64,000 nt of DNA, from the NCBI GenBank assembly GCA_001931535.1, contig CP016211.1, positions 4,247,573 through 4,311,572 on the forward strand. The letters are read 5' to 3'. The stretch comes from Minicystis rosea (GTDB lineage Bacteria > Myxococcota_A > Polyangia > Polyangiales > Polyangiaceae). The position numbers and the translations under genes were made by a program. Position 1 is the stretch's first letter; every line of letters begins with the position of its first letter. Shown here one piece after another: positions 44,522 to 53,933 of the stretch. The notes below the pieces were generated by a model that did no database searches, was not told the origin of the DNA, and saw nothing but the letters and a program-made list of their open reading frames with translations.

Positions 44522-45802
44522 ATGCTCGCCCACCACGACACGGTCCTGCCGAACGGCCTCCGGGTCGTGCTCGTCCCGATGCCGGGCGTGCATCGCGCGG
44601 TCGCCTCGCTCTACCTCCGGGTCGGCTCGCGCTTCGAGACGGCCGAGAACAACGGGATCTCCCACTTCCTCGAGCACATGGTCTTCCGCGGCACGGCCTC
44701 GCTGCCGAGCGCGCATGATCAGGCGCTCGCCTTCGAGCGGCTCGGCGCCACGCTCTACGCGGCCACGCACGTGGACCACGGCTTGATGACGGTCTCGGTC
44801 CCGCCGCAGAACCTGGAGCGCGTGCTCGCGCTCCTCGGTGAGGTGACGATCGCGCCGCGCTTCACGGACATCGAGGTCGAGCGCGGCATCGTGCACGAAG
44901 AGATCCTCGAGGATCTCGACGACGACGGCCGCGACATCGACGCCGACAACCTGGCCCGCGCGCTCATCTACGAGGGGCACCCGCTCGGCTTCACCATCAC
45001 CGGCGACATCAAGACGCTGGCCCGCTTCGACGATCGCATGCTGCGCGCGCACCACGCGCAGCACTACACGGGCGAGAACGCGGTGCTCTGCGTGGCCGGG
45101 AAGATCGGCGATCTCGACGGGACCATGCGCACCGTGGAGCGCTGCTTCGGATCCATGCCGCGCGGCAAGCGGGCCGCGATCACGCCGCCGCCCGATGGGC
45201 AGAAGAAGGCGCGCTTCTCCTTCGTGGAGAACACCTCGAGCCAAACGGATCTGCGCATCGCCTTCCGCGCCGCCAGCGAGCGCGATCCGCACGAGCCGGC
45301 CGTGGAGATGCTGCTCCGCATCCTCGACGACGGCATGTCCACGCGCCTCTACGAGCGCATCTGCGATCGCCTCGGGCTCTGCTACGACGTGTCCGGCATG
45401 TTCGAGGCCTACGAGGACGACGGCGTCCTCGACATCGCCGCCGGCGCCGCGCACGAGCGCGCGCTCGTGGTGACGCGCGAGATCTTCTCGCTGCTCCGCG
45501 ACGTGTCGCAGAACGGACCGACCGAGGACGAGCTCGCGAAGGCGCGCGATCGGCACCAATGGTCGCTGGAGGCGATGCTCGACGACGCCGACGGCGTGGC
45601 CGGTTTCTACGGCCTCGCGGCCCTCGCCGACATCGCTCGCACCCCGACGGAGCGGCACGCCGAGCTCGCGCGCGTCACGCGCGAGGACGTGCGCGCCGCC
45701 GCGCAGTCGGTGTTCCGCGCCGACCGCATGAGCGTCGTGGCCGTGGGCCTGCTCAGCGACGGCGACGAGCGGAAGCTCGAGAAGCTCGTGAAGGCTTTCT
45801 AG
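44522..45802 (+). CDS. M16-family (pitrilysin-like) zinc metallopeptidase.
   Basis: The inverted zincin motif HFLEH is present (NNGISHFLEHMVFRGT), followed by the downstream Glu region and a second M16 C-terminal half. The gene lies 7 nt after the PpiD-like stop. Confidence 0.85.
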   Translation: MLAHHDTVLPNGLRVVLVPMPGVHRAVASLYLRVGSRFETAENNGISHFLEHMVFRGTASLPSAHDQALAFERLGATLYAATHVDHGLMTVSVPPQNLERVLALLGEVTIAPRFTDIEVERGIVHEEILEDLDDDGRDIDADNLARALIYEGHPLGFTITGDIKTLARFDDRMLRAHHAQHYTGENAVLCVAGKIGDLDGTMRTVERCFGSMPRGKRAAITPPPDGQKKARFSFVENTSSQTDLRIAFRAASERDPHEPAVEMLLRILDDGMSTRLYERICDRLGLCYDVSGMFEAYEDDGVLDIAAGAAHERALVVTREIFSLLRDVSQNGPTEDELAKARDRHQWSLEAMLDDADGVAGFYGLAALADIARTPTERHAELARVTREDVRAAAQSVFRADRMSVVAVGLLSDGDERKLEKLVKAF

Positions 45803-45931
45803 ACGCTGCCCAACGCCGTCACGAGCGCACCGGAGCTACGTGAAGCGCGAGCAGAGCGCTGCCTCCTGGATGCGGCGCTCGCCCCGGTCGCGGCCCTGTT
45901 CAGGTTCAGGGCTCGCCGGTAGAGTGGGCAC

Positions 45932-47911
45932 GTGCCACTGCTTTGGCCGATCGCCGTCGTCGCGCTGAGGCCCATTTCGTGCGGCGCGGTGCGATGGCGG
46001 GCGGGCGGCGTGCCGCGGGTCAGCATCATCGCCAAGGCCACCTTCGGGATGGTGCACGAAGGTCGAGCACGGCTGCTCCCGCCGCTCGATGTGATCAGCG
46101 AAGATCGCATGCGCGCGTCCGGCGCCCTCGACGAAGCTTCCGATCTCGCGCCTTACCTCCCGTGCGCCGGTGTGACGCTGAGCGGCCACGCGCATGCGCC
46201 GGGCGGCCGGCCCGCGACGGCCACGATGGTGCGGCTCTCCATTCATCGAGAGCAGCGCACGTTGCTGGACAAGAAGCTTCACGTCTTCGGTCATCGGCCG
46301 CTCGGGTCGAGCGCTGCGCCGCAACCGTTCCGCACGATCCCGCTGACGTGGGAGCACGCGCACGGCGGCCCCGGCGTCGACGACAACCCCGCCGGCTGTG
46401 GATTGCGCGGGCTGCCGAACATCGTCGATCCCGCCGCCGCGGCGCGCTCGGCGGGCTTCGCTCCGATCGCCCGCACGTGGGGCTCACGGCGCCGGCTCGC
46501 AGGCGCGATCGATCCGGCCGCGCTGCTGAGACCTGCGCCGGAGCTGCCCGATGGATTCGATTTCCGCTGGTTTCATGCGGCGCCCCGCGACCAGCACATC
46601 GAGCTGCTCCGCGGTGACGAGCACGTCGTCCTCGAGGGCATGCACGCCGCGCTTCCGCGCATGTCCACCCGGCTTCCTTCGGCGCGCGTCGAGGCACGCG
46701 TGCACGCGCCCGGCGCGCCGCCACGTCCGGTGGAGATGCTCGCCGACACGCTGGTCATCGACGCCGATCGCCAGACGTTGGCCGTGGTGTGGCGCGGGAG
46801 CTTCGCCGTCGACGCGGCCTTCGGCGACACGCTCGCGCATCTCCGAGCCTACGTCGGGCTGGAGCTGCCGGGCCATCCATGCACGTGGCCCGACGCGGGT
46901 GACATCGCGATGTCCGGCGCGCTGCAGCGGCCGGGATATCCAGCGCCGCCCATGCCGCTGCGCACGACGACGCCGGCCGCCGAGCCGACGCGCACTCCAT
47001 CGGGATACCCCGCGCCGCCCATCCCCATGCGCGCCCAAGCTCCCGCCGCCGATCCTCGCGCGGCCGCGCGCCCCACGGACACGCCGCGACCGCGCTTCTT
47101 CGACGACGCCGAGAAACGCGGCGACCCCAAGGCGATCTCCATCACGGGCATGCGACACGCGAGCGACGCGCATCCATTCCGGCCATCACCGAGCGCCGCG
47201 ATGCCATCCGCGCCCTTCGTCGCGGGATACCCGCCTCCGCCGGCACCGAACGCTGTGATGCCGTCAGCACCGTTCGGAGCTGGATACCCGCCTTCGCCGG
47301 CACCAAACGCTGTGATGCCGTCAGCGCCGTTCGGAGCTGGATACCCGCCTCCGCCGGCACCGAACGCGGCGATGCCATCGGCACCCTTCGTTGCGGGATA
47401 CCCACCTCCGCCCGCGCCGAGCGCAGCGATGGATCCCTCACCGCGAGCGGTGGCCTTCGACGATGACGACCGAACCACGATGCTCGATCTCGGGCCGGCC
47501 CAGGCTCCGCGGCGCACGCCTTTCGCCATCACGGAGCCGGGCGCGCGGCCGTCGGGGCCTTCCCTTCCGCTGCCCGGCGCACCGTGGAGCCCGCGCGTGG
47601 ACGCGCCCGTGCCGCCGCTCGCCGGCGACGAGACCTTGGAAACGAAGGCCGTCGACGTGCTCACGACAGCAGCGCCAACGCCCGTCGTCCCGCCGGCTCC
47701 AATCGTTGGAGCTCCAACGATCGACCAGCCGACGGCCGCGCCAATCGTTGGAGCTCAAACGATCGACGTCCTCGCGCACGCCAACCTGGAGGCGACCGAT
47801 CTGCGCGACGCCGATCTGGAGCGGGCCAACCTCTTCGCGGCGAAACGCGCCACCACGAACCTGAACGGTGCCAACACCGCGGACGTGATCGAGATCGATC
47901 CGGAAGCATGA
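45932..47911 (+). CDS. DUF2169 domain protein (third paralog) with internal 19-aa tandem repeats and a C-terminal pentapeptide-repeat segment.
   Basis: The N-terminal core reads VSIIAKATFGMVHEG...VTLSGHAHAPGG...FAPIARTWGSR...RWFHAAPRDQH. Four copies of MPSAPF(V/G)AGYPP(P/S)PAP(N/S)A(V/A) are encoded by 57-bp DNA repeats (47195-47430). The C-terminus reads LAHANLEATDLRDADLERANLFAAKRATTNLNGANTADV, typical of pentapeptide repeats. GTG start. Confidence 0.75.
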   Translation: MPLLWPIAVVALRPISCGAVRWRAGGVPRVSIIAKATFGMVHEGRARLLPPLDVISEDRMRASGALDEASDLAPYLPCAGVTLSGHAHAPGGRPATATMVRLSIHREQRTLLDKKLHVFGHRPLGSSAAPQPFRTIPLTWEHAHGGPGVDDNPAGCGLRGLPNIVDPAAAARSAGFAPIARTWGSRRRLAGAIDPAALLRPAPELPDGFDFRWFHAAPRDQHIELLRGDEHVVLEGMHAALPRMSTRLPSARVEARVHAPGAPPRPVEMLADTLVIDADRQTLAVVWRGSFAVDAAFGDTLAHLRAYVGLELPGHPCTWPDAGDIAMSGALQRPGYPAPPMPLRTTTPAAEPTRTPSGYPAPPIPMRAQAPAADPRAAARPTDTPRPRFFDDAEKRGDPKAISITGMRHASDAHPFRPSPSAAMPSAPFVAGYPPPPAPNAVMPSAPFGAGYPPSPAPNAVMPSAPFGAGYPPPPAPNAAMPSAPFVAGYPPPPAPSAAMDPSPRAVAFDDDDRTTMLDLGPAQAPRRTPFAITEPGARPSGPSLPLPGAPWSPRVDAPVPPLAGDETLETKAVDVLTTAAPTPVVPPAPIVGAPTIDQPTAAPIVGAQTIDVLAHANLEATDLRDADLERANLFAAKRATTNLNGANTADVIEIDPEA

Positions 47912-49041
47912 AGCCGGCGGGGCGCCGGCCGAGCGGTTCGGCTATCCTCGCGCGCATGGCCTTCCGCTTTCCTTGGGTCGCCTTCACGATCGTGTCGCTC
48001 GTGGCAGCGTGCTCCGGTCGCGAGAGCGGGCCTCCGGGCAACAGCTCCACGTCGGGCGGCGACGGCGGCGAGGGTGGCGGCACCGGCGGCCATGGCGGCG
48101 CCGGCGGCCATGGCGGCGCGACGACGAGCACCAGCAGCGCGACCTCCGCGAGCAGCAGCTCCGGCAAGCCGATGGACGACGCGGGCGCCGATGCCTCGGA
48201 CGGCGGTGACTACGACTGCATGGTCTCGGGCGTGCCGGGCCAGTGCCTCGACGTCTCCGACTGCGCGGCGCTCGGCGATCATCACTCGACCCCGGGCTTC
48301 TGCCCCGGCCCCACCCAAATCCAGTGCTGCACGCCCTACGGCGAAGCGCTGTGCGATCCGATGGTCCACGTCTTCCCCAACGCCGGGAAGACCACCGAAG
48401 CGCCCGGCGGCGGCAACTGCCCCGCGGGGATGATCGCGGTGAGCAATTTCTGCATCGACAAGTACGAGGCCACGTTGGTGCGCGGCGACGACGGGACCTC
48501 GTGGTCGCCGTACTTCAACCCGGGCGACATTCCGATGATCGCCGTCTCCGTCGCGGGCGCGGTGCCGCAGGGCTACATCGACGGCGTGCAGGCCGGCGAG
48601 GCCTGCCTCAACGCGGGCAAGCGGCTCTGCACCGATACGGAGTGGCTACGCGCGTGCCGCGGTCCGAACGGGACGACCTATCCGTACGGCAACACGAAGA
48701 TGCTCGGCGTCTGCAACGATCATCGCGACGTGCACCCGGCCGTCGAATACTTCGGGACGAGCGATTCGTGGATCTGGTCGCACATCGACAACGCGTGCAT
48801 CAACCAGATCCCCGAGTCGGTGGACACGACGGGCGCGCGGACGGGCTGCGTCACCGCCGAGGGCGCGTTCGACATGATGGGGAACGTGCACGAGTGGACG
48901 GCCGACCCGGCCGGCACGTTCCGCGGCGGCTACTACGTGGACACGGTGCTGAACGGCAACGGCTGTCTCTACGTGACGACCGCGCACAACACGCTGCACT
49001 GGGACTACTCGACGGGCTTCCGCTGCTGCGCGGATCCGTGA
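47908..49041 (+). CDS. Lipoprotein with a Gly-rich linker, a Cys-rich segment and a formylglycine-generating-enzyme (FGE/SUMF1)-type sulfatase-modifying domain.
   Basis: The ATGA overlaps the upstream stop. The lipobox reads FTIVSLVAACSG. The FGE-domain signatures are CIDKYEAT, CTDTEWLRACRG, YPYGN and GNVHEWTADPAGTFRGGYY. Confidence 0.8.
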   Translation: MKPAGRRPSGSAILARMAFRFPWVAFTIVSLVAACSGRESGPPGNSSTSGGDGGEGGGTGGHGGAGGHGGATTSTSSATSASSSSGKPMDDAGADASDGGDYDCMVSGVPGQCLDVSDCAALGDHHSTPGFCPGPTQIQCCTPYGEALCDPMVHVFPNAGKTTEAPGGGNCPAGMIAVSNFCIDKYEATLVRGDDGTSWSPYFNPGDIPMIAVSVAGAVPQGYIDGVQAGEACLNAGKRLCTDTEWLRACRGPNGTTYPYGNTKMLGVCNDHRDVHPAVEYFGTSDSWIWSHIDNACINQIPESVDTTGARTGCVTAEGAFDMMGNVHEWTADPAGTFRGGYYVDTVLNGNGCLYVTTAHNTLHWDYSTGFRCCADP

Positions 49042-49113
49042 GGCATCACGCGCGCCGCGGTGATCGCGAGACGCCGGCCGGCGAAGCGGCCACGGCCGGC
49101 GTCACCGACGCAA

Positions 49114-49428
49114 TCAGCTCTTCGGGGTGAGGAGCTTCTGCAGCTCGCCGTTCTGGAACATCTCCATGATGATGTCGCTGCCGCCGACGAACTGGCCATC
49201 GACGTAGACCTGCGGGATCGTCGGCCAGTTGGAGAAGTCCTTGATGCCCTGGCGCAGCGCCGGATCGGCGAGGACGTTGACGTCCTTGAAGTCGGCGCCG
49301 CACTTCTTCAGCACCTCGACGGCGCGCGCCGAGAAGCCGCACTGCGGGAAGTTCTTCGTCCCCTTCATGAAGAGGACGACCCGGTTCTTCTCCACGGTCT
49401 CGCGAATGGTGCTCTGAATGTCGCTCAT
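49114..49428 (-). CDS. grxD: Monothiol glutaredoxin (Grx4/GrxD type, CGFS active site).
   Basis: [24 protein letters not shown]...[19 protein letters not shown] is 104 aa and matches the family closely. Confidence 0.9.
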   Translation of the reverse strand: MSDIQSTIRETVEKNRVVLFMKGTKNFPQCGFSARAVEVLKKCGADFKDVNVLADPALRQGIKDFSNWPTIPQVYVDGQFVGGSDIIMEMFQNGELQKLLTPKS

Positions 49429-49804
49429 AGGCCCCTGTTTGCACGAAGTCGCGGCGTATGCCAGCCGCGCTTTCCTCCTCGCCTTTCCTTCGTGCGCGCC
49501 GGGCTGTCAACCGGTCCCCCGTCGCGGCGGACCGCACCGCGACGGTGGTGGTGGTCACGCCACAGGCCGGACGATCGCGTGGGACCGTGAAAGGTGGGCC
49601 CGCCCGGCCCCGTTGCTCCCAGGGCCCGTCGCGATCGTGCATCTCCTTTCTGCGCTGCCGCGAACGGGTGTAGAACAGCCCCGTACATCGAACGTCTACC
49701 CGAGCAGGCCGACCCGGAAGCATGAGCCCTCGGCGGCGCGACGCGCGTCCATGTGACCGCATCCTCCCGCCGGCCGGTGAAGCCGTACCAACCAAGGAGA
49801 CCGT

Positions 49805-50551
49805 ATGCGCTTGTCCCTCCTCGTTCCTGCGACGCTGCTCTTCCTGCTGCCGATCGGCTGCGGCGGAAACGAGCAGCCGCCCATGGATCCCAGCCAGCAG
49901 CAATACGGTCAGCCCGGTGGCTACGGCCAGCCCGGCCAGCCGGGACAGCCCGGTGGCTACGGCCAGCCAGGGCAGCCCGGTGGCTATGGCCAGCCCGGCG
50001 GTTACGGGCAGCCCGGTGGCTACGCCCAGCCGGGACAGCCCGGCGGCTACGGCCAGCCCGGCGGCTATGGGCAGCCCGGTGGCTATGGCCAGCCCGGCGG
50101 TTACGGGCAGCCCGGCGCGCAGCCGCCCGCAGGTGGTGGTCAGGCGCAGCCGATCGCGCCCGCGGCGGCCGCGGCGGCGTCGCCCGTGTTGATCGGCCTC
50201 GGTGCGAGCGAAGCGCCCGGCGCGCGCCCGAACGGCGGCGTCATCGCCGGCCAGTTCCAGGAAGGGCAAACGCTGGAGCAGCCCATCAACGTCGAGCCCG
50301 GCAAGTGTTACACGGTCGTCGCGATGGGGATGGGCATCCAGCAGCTCGACGTGCAGCTCGTCGCGCAGCCGATGCCGAACTTCCCGCCGACGGTGCTCGC
50401 GCAATCGCAGGGTCAGGGCCCGCAGGCGACCCTCGGCGGCAAGGCCGCCGGTTGCTGGAAGAACCCGCTCCCCATCGGCGGTCCGGCGAAGGTCGTGATT
50501 CGCGCGACGCGCGGCGCCGGCATGGCGGCCGCGCAGGTCTACACGAAGTAA
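49805..50551 (+). CDS. Lipoprotein with a long GGYGQPGQP low-complexity repeat and a conserved C-terminal domain.
   Basis: The lipobox reads LLFLLPIGC. About 16 (G)GYGQPG(QP) units are encoded by tandem cagcccggtggctacggc DNA repeats (49910-50110). The C-terminal 110 aa has normal composition. Confidence 0.7.
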   Translation: MRLSLLVPATLLFLLPIGCGGNEQPPMDPSQQQYGQPGGYGQPGQPGQPGGYGQPGQPGGYGQPGGYGQPGGYAQPGQPGGYGQPGGYGQPGGYGQPGGYGQPGAQPPAGGGQAQPIAPAAAAAASPVLIGLGASEAPGARPNGGVIAGQFQEGQTLEQPINVEPGKCYTVVAMGMGIQQLDVQLVAQPMPNFPPTVLAQSQGQGPQATLGGKAAGCWKNPLPIGGPAKVVIRATRGAGMAAAQVYTK

Positions 50552-50755
50552 GCCCTTCGCAGAAACGTCGCGAGCGCCATCACGCTCGTCCTCGCGTTCG
50601 CGACGCTCGTCCCCGTCATCCTTCCCACGCCGCACGCACCGTCGAGCGTGCCTCCGATGCGCCTCCGGTTTCCGTTCCGGAGGCGTGAGGGGCAGCGCTC
50701 GGCGTGCACACAGAGGTCGGCCCGCGGTTCGCTACGGTGGAAGCTGGAGCGCCAT

Positions 50756-52744
50756 GTGAGCGAGTCCAGCCAACCTATCTTCGCCCCGGACGCGGCCCGT
50801 CCGGAGGTCACATCCCCCATCGAACGCAGGATCGCGTTGCACCTCGGAGACCTCCGCTGTCGGGGGTGCGGCCGGCGTGCAGAAACGATCCTCCGCGCCA
50901 TCCCCGGCGTGCGGACCGCGACGGTTCGCTGGCGCGAGGAGCGCGCGGACGTTCGCTTCGACGTCCAGCGAACGTCGGAGAGCGATCTCGCGGCAGCGCT
51001 GATCCGCGCCGGCTACGACGTCAGGGACACGTCGCGCGCCGCGCGCGCACCGGGCGTCGATCTCGCCATCGCGCTGGTGGCGCTCGCCAACATCATGCTG
51101 CTCGCGGTGCGCGGCGGATCCGGGCGAGCCGTCTTCGTCGCGGAGCTCGCCCTCGCGAGCATCGCGGTGCTCGCCGCCGGCGCGGCGCTCGGCCGGCGCG
51201 CGATCGCGCTGCTGCGTCGCGGGCTCCTCGATCGCGACGCCCTCGCGCTGGCCGCGGCGACCGCTGTGCTCGGCCTCGGCTTGCACGATCTGCTCGCGCA
51301 TCGAGCGCCCAGCGGCGGCCTCGCCGGGCTCGGGCTGCGCCTCGCGCCGCGGCCACCGGAGCCGGGATCCGGCTTCGTGGCGGCGGCCGCCATCGCGGTG
51401 GCGGCGCTCGCCATGCGCTTCGTCGAGGACGCGCTGCGACGACGCGCGCGCCGCGATCTGGACGCGGCGCTCGAGGATCGCGCGCCGGCAGGTCGCAGCG
51501 ACGCAGGCGACGCCGAGGTCAGGGCCGCGCTCGCGCGCCTCACCGAGGCCGAAGCCACACCGCCCGATGGCACGTGGGAGGACGCCGCCGTGCGCGGGAT
51601 CATCACCGCGGCGCTCGGCTGCGCGTCCTTCGCGCTCGTCACGCATGGCTGCTTGGGCGGAGGTCCGCTCGGGCCGCTCGCCGTCACCGCCGCCATCGCC
51701 GTGCTCGTGGTCGCGTCGCCGTCGATGATCCTCGCCGCCGCGCCGGCGGCGCGCGCCATCGCGGTGCTGCGCGCGCGGGCCGCCGGCGTGATCGTGAAGG
51801 ATCCGGCGGCGCTCGTGGCCCTCGCCGCCGTCGACGTCGCGTGCTTGGAGAAGAACGGGACGGTCACCTCCGCGCGACGCCACGTGCGCGACGTGGTGTG
51901 GATGCCCGGCGTCCTGCCCGATCTGCAGCTCATCGCCGACGTGGCCGCGCTCGAGCAGCTCTCTGCGCACCCGGCCGGGCGCGCCGTCGCCGCCTACCTC
52001 GCCGCGGCCCGCGTCGATCCCACGCCGCTCGGCGCCGACGCGCGCGTGACGGAGTCGCCCAACGGCATCGCCGGCCGCATGCGCGGCGCGCTCGTCGAGG
52101 TGGGATCACCGGCGCGCTTCGGCCTCGCGGATCACGACGGAACGGCCGGCACGAGCGCCGTGGTGTTCGGTCGCAACGGCGTCGCCCATGGCCGCTTCGA
52201 GCTGCACACGCCGCTCCGCGAGAACGCGATCGCCGCGATCCAGGCGCTCTCCGCGCGCGGCGTGCGCCCCTTGCTGCTCAGCGGCGACGCGCCCGCGGCC
52301 ACCGCGCAGGCGGCGCGCCACCTCGGCATCCCGGCCTCGGGCGGCCTCGGGCCCGCGGAAAAGGCGCTCGCCATCCGCGACCTCCAGGTCCGCGGCGCGC
52401 GCGTGCTCCTCGTCGGTGACGGCTCGCGCGACGCGGCCTTCGGAGCGCAGGCCGACGTGAGCATCGCGGTGGCGCCGGACACGCTCCCGGGCGCGGTCCG
52501 CGCGCGCATCGTCCTCACCGACGATCGCATCGATCGCCTCCCTGCGCTCGTGGACCTCGGCCGATCGCTGCGCGCCGTGCTCCGCCAGAACGCGGCCTTC
52601 GCCACCGTGTACAACGCCGTGCTGATCCCGGCCGCCGCGCTCGGCTACGTGCCGCCGCTGCTCGCCGCCGGGCTCGCGCTCCTGGAGACCATGCTCGGCC
52701 TCGCCAACGCCGCGCGCCTCCTCCGCGCGCGCGTCGGCGCGTGA
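50756..52744 (+). CDS. P1B-type (heavy-metal) ATPase homolog with an N-terminal HMA domain whose core catalytic motifs are all degenerate; a probable pseudo-ATPase.
   Basis: GGAG sits 7 nt before GTG 50756. The HMA domain reads LGDLRCRGCG. The fold aligns with CopA/ZntA (LSAHPAGRAVAAYL; LLSGDAPAATAQAARHLGI; PAEKALAIRDLQ). However, the TM6 CPC motif is SPS (about 51708), DKTGT is EKNGT (51845-51868), TGDN is SGDA, and GDGxNDxP is GDGSRDAA (52415-52432). Confidence 0.7.
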   Translation: MSESSQPIFAPDAARPEVTSPIERRIALHLGDLRCRGCGRRAETILRAIPGVRTATVRWREERADVRFDVQRTSESDLAAALIRAGYDVRDTSRAARAPGVDLAIALVALANIMLLAVRGGSGRAVFVAELALASIAVLAAGAALGRRAIALLRRGLLDRDALALAAATAVLGLGLHDLLAHRAPSGGLAGLGLRLAPRPPEPGSGFVAAAAIAVAALAMRFVEDALRRRARRDLDAALEDRAPAGRSDAGDAEVRAALARLTEAEATPPDGTWEDAAVRGIITAALGCASFALVTHGCLGGGPLGPLAVTAAIAVLVVASPSMILAAAPAARAIAVLRARAAGVIVKDPAALVALAAVDVACLEKNGTVTSARRHVRDVVWMPGVLPDLQLIADVAALEQLSAHPAGRAVAAYLAAARVDPTPLGADARVTESPNGIAGRMRGALVEVGSPARFGLADHDGTAGTSAVVFGRNGVAHGRFELHTPLRENAIAAIQALSARGVRPLLLSGDAPAATAQAARHLGIPASGGLGPAEKALAIRDLQVRGARVLLVGDGSRDAAFGAQADVSIAVAPDTLPGAVRARIVLTDDRIDRLPALVDLGRSLRAVLRQNAAFATVYNAVLIPAAALGYVPPLLAAGLALLETMLGLANAARLLRARVGA

Positions 52745-52748
52745 GCGA

Positions 52749-53933
52749 TCAACCGAGCGTCTTGAAGGATCGCGACGACGGCGCCGGGTTGGTGTTGCCG
52801 GGGATCGGCAGCAGCACCCGCAACGCGAACCCACCGGAGGGCGTGCGCTCGCCCGTGATGCGACCGCCGTGCGCGCTCACCAGCTCGCGCGCGAGGAACA
52901 AGCCGAGCCCTGCACCGCGCCGGCGGCGCTCGGCGCCCGGCGCCAGACCGCGGCGCCAGGGCTCGAAGAGCTGATCCACGTCGTCGCTGCGGAGACCGGG
53001 GCCATCGTCCTTCACCAAGATGCAGGCGCCTTCGCGACCGAGGGCCGAGACCTCCACCGTGACGGCGGCGGTGTCGCTGCTCTGGCAAGCGCTCGTCACC
53101 AAGGTCGTGAGGATGCGAAGGATCGCCTCGTCGTCCCAGAGGCCCGGCACCTCGACCACGTTCACGCGGAGCGGCGGGTGCTTGCCGACGTCGATGCGCT
53201 CGCAGGCGAGCTTCACGATCGTGCCCAGATCGCCGTGTCGCAGGCTGAGGCGGGCGCCGCCGGCGGCGCTGCTCCGCCGCGCGAACGCGCCCATGTCGTC
53301 GATGAGCCGATCCATGAGGCGCGTCAGCTCGATCACGCGATCCATGTCCTCGACACAGCGCTCGCGGGTCGGCTTGGGGAGCCGCGCGAGCCGCTCGGCC
53401 ACGACCTGGATGCCGATCGTGGGCTCGCGCAGATCCTGCCCGAGCGCGCCGATGATGCGCCGGGCCGGCTCGACGACGACCCCCGCATCCATGAACATGC
53501 CGAGCGCGCCTTTGGCGCCGCTCGGCCCGTAGACCGGCAGGAGCCAACCGAGATGCGAATCGCCGCTCCCTTCCGGCCCGCCGGAGAGCGCCGAGCCGTC
53601 GAGGGTGGCGCTGCTGCCCGCATAGACGAGATCGAGCTTGGCGCGCCAAGCGCGCTCGACCTCGGGCTGCGAGCGAAAGAGCGGCTTGCCCACCACGCTC
53701 ACGCGCAGCGCGGCGAGCGATCGATACTGGCGGTTGTGCGCGAGGCACAGGACCTCGGGGCCCCACACCAGAAACGCGGCGCCGGGAGCGCTCGAAACGA
53801 TCGACACGTTGGCGTCCACCACCGCGCGATCGGCGGCGCTCACCAGCTCGTCGAGGCTCGCCACCGAGACACCGGAGCGCGCCGAATCAGGGGTCACTCC
53901 GGACCGGTTCGAAGGCGTCATTTCCTGAGTCAC
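52749..53933 (-). CDS. Histidine-kinase-like protein with HATPase_c G-boxes but no phospho-acceptor His and a degenerate N-box.
   Basis: G1 reads VKDDGPGL and G2 reads GAGLGLFLAREL. At the H-box position the sequence is GALGQDLREPTIGIQVV (53401-53450), where canonical kinases have SHELRTPL. At the N-box position it is LVTSACQS, with no Asn. The N-terminal region is PAS-like. Confidence 0.6.
   Translation of the reverse strand: MTQEMTPSNRSGVTPDSARSGVSVASLDELVSAADRAVVDANVSIVSSAPGAAFLVWGPEVLCLAHNRQYRSLAALRVSVVGKPLFRSQPEVERAWRAKLDLVYAGSSATLDGSALSGGPEGSGDSHLGWLLPVYGPSGAKGALGMFMDAGVVVEPARRIIGALGQDLREPTIGIQVVAERLARLPKPTRERCVEDMDRVIELTRLMDRLIDDMGAFARRSSAAGGARLSLRHGDLGTIVKLACERIDVGKHPPLRVNVVEVPGLWDDEAILRILTTLVTSACQSSDTAAVTVEVSALGREGACILVKDDGPGLRSDDVDQLFEPWRRGLAPGAERRRRGAGLGLFLARELVSAHGGRITGERTPSGGFALRVLLPIPGNTNPAPSSRSFKTLG

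Noticed and set aside
42290-45658. A 1122-aa minus-strand ORF.
   Set aside because: It is antisense to the PpiD-like and M16 peptidase genes, which carry clear motifs. Its composition is Arg/Ala/Gly/Val junk.
45915-45945. A sigma54-like promoter candidate, tGGgcacgtgccacTGCt, upstream of DUF2169 paralog 3.
   Set aside because: The GG-to-GC spacing is 12 nt rather than the required 10, so it does not match TGGCAC-N5-TTGC.
49046-50635. A 529-aa minus-strand ORF.
   Set aside because: It is antisense to grxD (different frame) and to the GYGQPG lipoprotein. It is Arg-rich.
50732-51970. Minus-strand ORFs of 412 and 306 aa.
   Set aside because: They are antisense to the P1B-ATPase homolog, which aligns across its length with CopA/ZntA.
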